Below, one piece after another: positions 59,145 through 64,000 of a stretch of DNA of 64,000 nt; position 1 is the first letter of the stretch; the number at the start of each line of letters is the position of its first letter. Location of the stretch: positions 36,825 to 100,824 of the forward strand of contig CAYJQR010000001.1 in the NCBI GenBank assembly GCA_964372345.1, written 5' to 3'. Source of the stretch: an uncultured Planctomycetia bacterium (GTDB taxonomy: Bacteria > Omnitrophota > Gorgyraeia > JACOVV01). The notes beneath the pieces are model-generated. The model was not told where the DNA came from. It saw only the letters and a program-made list of their open reading frames with translations, and did no database searches. The translations under genes and the position numbers were made by a program.

Positions 59145-59178
59145 CCCCTATAAGCGATTATGTTATGTTATTTTTTCT

Positions 59179-59907
59179 ATGGATGCCTTAATCCTTGCAG
59201 CGGGATACGCGACTCGATTGTATCCATTGACGCGGAATTTTCCGAAACCTCTCCTTCCGATAGGATCCAAGCCGATCATTGACTACATCATAGGGGGTTT
59301 GCGTAAAATTTCGGAGCTGAAAAATATTTGGGTAGTGACTAATTACGCTTTTTTCAGGCATTTCCAATGCTGGAGTAAATCTCATCCGGATAAAACAAAG
59401 GTTAAAATCGTTGACGACGGAACCCAAACGCCCGAAGGGCGATTGGGGGCGGTCAGGGACATGGAGTTTGTCATAGAGAAGGAAAAAATCAAGAGCGATT
59501 TACTGATTGTCGGCGGAGACAACCTCTTTGAGTTCGACCTGAGAAATTTCGCCGTGCAGGGACAAAGTCATAAGCCGTATCCTACCATGGGGGTCTACGA
59601 TATCGGATCCAAGGGTCTCGCCAAACGATTCGGCGTGGTGACGCTGGATTCGAAAGGAAGAGTCGCTCATTTTGTCGAGAAACCGGTCCGTCCTCATTCC
59701 ACGCTGGTGGCGATGTGTTTATACTATTTTCCCAAAGAATCGCTTCCCTGGATCCGCCGTTATCTGGATTCTGGAAAAAACGCGGATGCCCCTGGGCATT
59801 ATCTAAGCTGGCTGGCGCGTGAACAATCGGTTTATGGGTATCTCTTTGAAGGGGAGTGGGTGGATATTGGGGATTTAAAAACGTACGAAAAGATCCAGAG
59901 CAGGTAG
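59179..59907 (+). CDS. Sugar-phosphate nucleotidyltransferase (GlmU/RmlA-like fold).
   Basis: MDALILAAGYATRLYPLT...KPLLPIG. Substrate cannot be assigned. Confidence 0.65.
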   Translation: MDALILAAGYATRLYPLTRNFPKPLLPIGSKPIIDYIIGGLRKISELKNIWVVTNYAFFRHFQCWSKSHPDKTKVKIVDDGTQTPEGRLGAVRDMEFVIEKEKIKSDLLIVGGDNLFEFDLRNFAVQGQSHKPYPTMGVYDIGSKGLAKRFGVVTLDSKGRVAHFVEKPVRPHSTLVAMCLYYFPKESLPWIRRYLDSGKNADAPGHYLSWLAREQSVYGYLFEGEWVDIGDLKTYEKIQSR

Positions 59908-59942
59908 GGTAAGAAGAAGTCCAAAAAAAGGAGTTAAAGACA

Positions 59943-61085
59943 ATGGCCAAAGGAAAACATCTCTTTACGTCAGAATCAGTCACTGAAGGACATCCCGACA
60001 AAGTTTCCGATCAAATTTCAGACGCGATCGTAGACGCCATCTACCGCAAAGATCCCAGCGGCCGCGTCGCCTGTGAAGCCCTGGTCACGACAGGGCTCGC
60101 GATCGTCGCCGGCGAAGTGACGACTTCCTGCTACGTCGACATTCCTAAAATCATCCGGAAAACAATTCATGACATTGGCTATACCGACGCCGCGTACGGT
60201 TTTGACTATTTAACCTGCGGCGTCGTGACTTCAATTCAGGGACAGTCTCCTGATATCGCGTTAGGGGTTGATGTCGGCGGCGCGGGGGATCAGGGAATGA
60301 TGTTCGGCTACGCCTGCAACGAGACCTCTGAATTGATGCCGATGCCCATCATGATGGCGCATAAATTGTGCCGGCGCCTGGCTCATGCTCGCAAGGAGGG
60401 AATCATCAATTACCTGCGCCCCGATGGGAAATCACAGGTAACGGTGGAATATCATGACGGAAAACCGACCCGCATTGACACGGTTGTCGTCAGCGCCCAC
60501 CACAGCAGCAAAGTGAAGATCGAAGACGTCCGTCATGACATCAAAAAACTGGTGATTGACGAAGTGGTTCCAAAACACCTGATGGACAAGAAGACAAAAT
60601 TCTACATCAATCCGACCGGCAGGTTCGAAGTTGGAGGCCCTCAGGGGGATACCGGCGTCACCGGAAGAAAGATCATTATTGATACCTACGGCGGCGTCGG
60701 GAGCCATGGCGGAGGGGCTTTTTCGGGTAAAGACCCTTCAAAGGTGGACCGCTCAGCCAGTTATATGGCGCGCTACATCGCCAAGAACATTATCGCGGCG
60801 AAGCTCGCGGAGAAATGCGAGATTCAGCTGGCTTACGCTATCGGAGTGGCGGAACCGGTCTCCGTGATGGTGAATACCAACGGAACTGGGAAGGTTTCCG
60901 ACGAGAAATTGATCAAATTAATCCGCGAGAATTTCGATCTGACTCCCAACGGGATCATCAAGGATTTGAAACTTCGCCGGCCGATCTACTTGAAGACCGC
61001 CTGCTATGGGCATTTCGGCCGCGAGGAAGAAGGTTTCAGCTGGGAGGAAGTGGATAAGGCAAGAATATTGGCAAAACATGTTTAG
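59943..61085 (+). CDS. metK: S-adenosylmethionine synthetase.
   Basis: [22 protein letters not shown] and [16 protein letters not shown]. 380 aa. Confidence 0.95.
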   Translation: MAKGKHLFTSESVTEGHPDKVSDQISDAIVDAIYRKDPSGRVACEALVTTGLAIVAGEVTTSCYVDIPKIIRKTIHDIGYTDAAYGFDYLTCGVVTSIQGQSPDIALGVDVGGAGDQGMMFGYACNETSELMPMPIMMAHKLCRRLAHARKEGIINYLRPDGKSQVTVEYHDGKPTRIDTVVVSAHHSSKVKIEDVRHDIKKLVIDEVVPKHLMDKKTKFYINPTGRFEVGGPQGDTGVTGRKIIIDTYGGVGSHGGGAFSGKDPSKVDRSASYMARYIAKNIIAAKLAEKCEIQLAYAIGVAEPVSVMVNTNGTGKVSDEKLIKLIRENFDLTPNGIIKDLKLRRPIYLKTACYGHFGREEEGFSWEEVDKARILAKHV

Positions 61086-61107
61086 ATAACCTGAAAGGTG
61101 GAAAAGA

Positions 61108-62373
61108 ATGAAACGCGATATTCAAAGTCTGGCTCTAGCGGATAAGGGAAAAGACCGTATCGAGTGGGCGGGACAAAGTATGCCGGTTGTTCTTTCGATC
61201 CGCAAGGATTTCTCCAGCGCCAAACCGCTCAAGGGAGTGAGGATCGGCGCTTGTCTTCACGTGACTTCCGAAACAGCCAATCTGATGATCACTTTGAAAG
61301 AAGGGGGAGCCCATGTTTCTCTCTGCGCGTCGAATCCGCTGAGCACTCAGGACGACGTGGCCGCTTCGCTGGTGAAACATTACGGCATCCCGGTCTTCGC
61401 CGTCAATGGAGAAAATTCAAAACGGTATTACCGTCATATTCAGGCGGTTCTGGCCGCCAATCCACAGGTCACTATGGACGATGGAGCCGATTTAATCTCA
61501 ACCCTCCACCGAACTCAAAACTCGAAACTCGAAACTCAAGACTCAATCTGGGGTTCTACTGAGGAAACAACAACAGGAGTCATTCGTCTCAAGAGTTTGG
61601 AAAAAGCAGGGAAACTTCGGTTCCCGGTCATCGCGGTCAATGAAGCACAAACCAAACATCTTTTCGACAATCGCTACGGCACAGGCCAGTCAACGCTCGA
61701 TGGCATTATCCGGGCGACGAATCACCTGATCGCCGGGCAAATATTCGTCGTGGCCGGCTATGGCTGGTGCGGCAAAGGGGTGGCGATGCGCGCCAAGGGA
61801 TTAGGGGCGCAGGTGGTCGTTACTGAGATAGAACCGCTCCGGGCATTGGAAGCGGTCATGGACGGCTTTTCCGTCAAGACGATGGCCGAGGCGGCTCGAA
61901 TTGGCGATATCTTTGTAACGCTGACCGGAGACCGCGACGTGATCAGAAAAGAACATTTCCTAAAGATGAAAGACGGAGCAATTCTTGCCAACTCAGGGCA
62001 TTTCGACATTGAAATTGATATTGCGGCCCTGAAAAAACTGAGCCGGAGAACCCGCAGAATCCGTTCGTTTGTGGATGAGTATGTTTTACGGGGTGGAAGG
62101 AAGATTTACGTTCTTGGGGAAGGCCGCCTCGTCAACCTAGCGGCGGCAGAGGGGCATCCTGCCAGTGTCATGGATTTAAGTTTTGCCAATCAATCGCTGT
62201 CAGTAGAATATGTGGTTTCTCACCACGAGGAATTAAGAAATAAAGTCTATGCGGTTCCTGAAGAGATTGATCGTAGTATCGCTCAATTAAAGTTACGGGC
62301 AATGAAAATTTCCATTGACGCTTTGACGCGGGAACAAAGAGATTATCTGAAGTCGTGGCAGCTTGGGACGTAA
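61108..62373 (+). CDS. ahcY: Adenosylhomocysteinase, carrying an in-frame heptamer tract.
   Basis: An NAD-binding GYGWCGKG. The 421 aa product has the insert [11 protein letters not shown]. Confidence 0.9.
   Translation: MKRDIQSLALADKGKDRIEWAGQSMPVVLSIRKDFSSAKPLKGVRIGACLHVTSETANLMITLKEGGAHVSLCASNPLSTQDDVAASLVKHYGIPVFAVNGENSKRYYRHIQAVLAANPQVTMDDGADLISTLHRTQNSKLETQDSIWGSTEETTTGVIRLKSLEKAGKLRFPVIAVNEAQTKHLFDNRYGTGQSTLDGIIRATNHLIAGQIFVVAGYGWCGKGVAMRAKGLGAQVVVTEIEPLRALEAVMDGFSVKTMAEAARIGDIFVTLTGDRDVIRKEHFLKMKDGAILANSGHFDIEIDIAALKKLSRRTRRIRSFVDEYVLRGGRKIYVLGEGRLVNLAAAEGHPASVMDLSFANQSLSVEYVVSHHEELRNKVYAVPEEIDRSIAQLKLRAMKISIDALTREQRDYLKSWQLGT
61512..61549. repeat. (AACTCGA/AACTCAA) heptamer tandem repeat inside ahcY.
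   Basis: aactcaaaactcgaaactcgaaactcaagactcaatc. Same ACTCGAR family as the holB tract. Confidence 0.85.
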
Positions 62374-62377
62374 GTTC

Positions 62378-63280
62378 ATGGACAATTCCAAAGACGCCGG
62401 GGCAACTCTTTTCAATTACCTCAACCTCATACGTATTCATCAGTGGATAAAAAACCTCTTTGTATTCACGCCCCTATTCTTTTCTGGCCAGGTACTTGAC
62501 AACCGTAAATTAATTTTAACTTTTTTTGCTTTCATCCTATTTTGCTTATTAACGAGCTGCGCTTATATTTTCAATGATTACGTGGATATCGAGCTGGATA
62601 AAAAGCATCCCCAGAAGAAAAATCGTCCTCTTGCCAGCGCTCAAATAAGCGTTAGAAACGCTCTTGTGCTGGGTGTTATTCTATTTCTATCCGCCGCGGC
62701 TGTCTGTTTTTATTTAAACAATCTAAAATTGACGATGATCTCAGCATCCTACCTGGCGCTTAACGCGGCATACTCACTGAAATTGAAACAGATCGCTTTA
62801 ATTGATATTTCCAGTATCGCTTTCGGATTCATTTTACGCGTGGAGGCCGGTGGAGCGGTCATCAGTATTTCCATTTCTCACTGGTTGTACATCATGACGT
62901 TTTTATTATCTCTGTTTTTAGCCCTTGCAAAACGCAGAGACGATTTGATCATCGAGGCAAGAACGGGACAGAGATTACGCCGCTCGATGGGCGGTTACAA
63001 TTTAAACTTTATATCAAACGCCATCAGTGTTCTGCTGGCGAGTTTAATCGTCGCTTATCTTTTATATATTACTTCGCCGGCGATAACGGAAAGATTTATC
63101 GGCAGACCCATGTTCCTATCGGCCTTCTTTGTTATCGTGGGAGCGTTGCGATACCTGCAAATTACATTAGTGGATGAGGAGAGCGGTTCCCCAACGAGAA
63201 TTTTGCTGAAAGACCTTTTTATACAGTTGTTGGTTGTTATGTGGCTCCTTTATTTCATGGTCAATATTTATTTCAGCTGA
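62378..63280 (+). CDS. UbiA-family prenyltransferase (decaprenyl-phosphate phosphoribosyltransferase-like).
   Basis: A polytopic protein with NDYVDIELD, the Asp-rich UbiA motif. The start was set to ATG 62378. Confidence 0.65.
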   Translation: MDNSKDAGATLFNYLNLIRIHQWIKNLFVFTPLFFSGQVLDNRKLILTFFAFILFCLLTSCAYIFNDYVDIELDKKHPQKKNRPLASAQISVRNALVLGVILFLSAAAVCFYLNNLKLTMISASYLALNAAYSLKLKQIALIDISSIAFGFILRVEAGGAVISISISHWLYIMTFLLSLFLALAKRRDDLIIEARTGQRLRRSMGGYNLNFISNAISVLLASLIVAYLLYITSPAITERFIGRPMFLSAFFVIVGALRYLQITLVDEESGSPTRILLKDLFIQLLVVMWLLYFMVNIYFS

Positions 63281-64000
63281 CCTCTTAAAAAAAAGACCCC
63301 CAGGACAGAAAAAATAAAATTGGCTCCCCACGCTCCAATAAAGGAAGGAAGAATCCCCGCCTTCCCTAAAGAAAACATCACTGAATTCAGCAGGTAGAAA
63401 AGGATTCCAATAAAAACGCACAATCCGATACCGCTGAAAATCCATCCCTGTCGCTTTGGCGGCGAAATAGCCAGTGGGATTGCTGCAAGGATCAGCGCGA
63501 AATTTGCGAAGGGGAACGCGACCCGGCTGTACAATTCGACCAAAAGCCGCCGCGTCACGTTCTTCCCAGAGACGGCGATCCGGTCAATATAATTTTCAAG
63601 CTGTTCGTACCTCATGAAAAGTACCTGCGACTCCATTTTGAGAAAACTTTGCGGGGTTTCATCCAGATCCATGGTCCGTTCTTCGTAATAAGTCGGCTTA
63701 TCAATAATTTCCCCATCAGGCCCCAGCTGATAGGAAACGCACGAATAAAGCTTCCATTTATCATTGACGATCCATTCCGCTTTCTCAGCGGCAATTTTCG
63801 CGGCCGGTCTGTGGGAGGCGTCGTCAATAAAAACAATTAAATCATACAGGGTCTTTTCATTCGGGTCGTAGCGCTTGGCATAGAACATCCGGTTTTTAGT
63901 CCCGTAAAGAGCGACATTTTCTATAACGGCTGTATGAACTTCTTGCGATTCTCTTTCCAAATGGGCTTCCTTAATGGCATGGGTGACCATCATTGCCTGT
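63268..64000 (-). CDS. LptF/LptG (YjgP/YjgQ) family permease. The N-terminus lies beyond the window end.
   Basis: The C-terminal periplasmic beta-jellyroll plus transmembrane helices (ILPSFIGAWGANFIFSVLGVFFL) match the LptF/G architecture. The ORF is open at 64000. Confidence 0.5.
   Translation of the reverse strand, partial: QAMMVTHAIKEAHLERESQEVHTAVIENVALYGTKNRMFYAKRYDPNEKTLYDLIVFIDDASHRPAAKIAAEKAEWIVNDKWKLYSCVSYQLGPDGEIIDKPTYYEERTMDLDETPQSFLKMESQVLFMRYEQLENYIDRIAVSGKNVTRRLLVELYSRVAFPFANFALILAAIPLAISPPKRQGWIFSGIGLCVFIGILFYLLNSVMFSLGKAGILPSFIGAWGANFIFSVLGVFFLRGQLK

Noticed and set aside
59908-59942. SAM riboswitch upstream of metK, and T-box or lysine riboswitches upstream of lysS and cysS
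   Set aside because: The leaders are only 35-70 nt, too short for those elements, and no conserved riboswitch cores are visible.

Overview
This 64 kb window is a bacterial chromosomal segment (about 55-58% GC, with AT-rich patches of about 40-45% GC). It carries diderm-type envelope genes (Lnt, LolCDE-like, MlaEFD, an LptF/G-like fragment) arranged in a Firmicutes-like housekeeping gene order. Main blocks are below.

- **1-11.6 kb: T2SS/T4P-like cluster.** It runs from a 5'-partial GspF/PilC gene through two minor pseudopilins, a giant GspK-like protein, an Ig-like secreted protein, a PilM-PilN fusion, PilO-like and PilP-like proteins, and a lipoprotein with a secretin-N-like domain.
- **11.6-17 kb: prfB, secA, lnt.**
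- **17-18.3 kb: BrnT/BrnA toxin-antitoxin pair plus a DnaQ-like exonuclease.**
- **18.4-34.8 kb: housekeeping block.** lysS, lolE/lolD, ilvE, mcsA-mcsB-clpC, mlaEFD, a yacL-like gene, ispD, ispF, cysE, cysS.
- **34.8-36.4 kb: small AT-rich islet.** A VapBC pair with a strong sigma70-like promoter, plus an orphan minus-strand gene.
- **36.4-39.8 kb: tmk, holB, metG.**
- **39.8-52.7 kb: candidate novel system.** A roughly 13 kb AT-rich defense island lies between metG and tatD. It contains a DUF4143 AAA ATPase and a DUF2130 gene flanked by 118-bp direct repeats. It also contains a type I R-M operon, hsdR-abiEi-abiEii-hsdM-hsdS, with an AbiE toxin-antitoxin pair embedded in it. The abiEi start codon is overlapped by a perfect 16-bp palindrome. 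Translationally coupled to hsdS is an unannotatable 1099-aa protein with an N-terminal TIR-like domain. It resembles the R-M-guarding effectors PrrC/RloC.
- **52.7-64 kb: housekeeping block.** A GIY-YIG gene bracketed by inverted repeats, then tatD, a CPBP protease, mtnA, thiL, tsaE, tsaB, alr, a sugar nucleotidyltransferase, metK, ahcY, a UbiA-family gene and a partial minus-strand lptF/G.

The second striking feature is a set of stop-codon-free miniature repeats found throughout the window. These are (GGAAAAT)n / (CCATTCT)n inverted heptamer arrays, other 7-mer tandem tracts (ACTCGAR, GAAGGAC, CGTACGA, CCCTGTA), a SWELGA-type palindromic element, a GGCTGATCAGCC-type element and a perfect 12-bp-arm palindrome. 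Many are inserted in frame into essential genes (lnt, metG, cysS, holB, ahcY, lolD, thiL). Some form the N-terminal leader or signal peptide of the pseudopilins and a secreted protein. This resembles Rickettsia palindromic elements. No rRNA, tRNA or CRISPR array was found.
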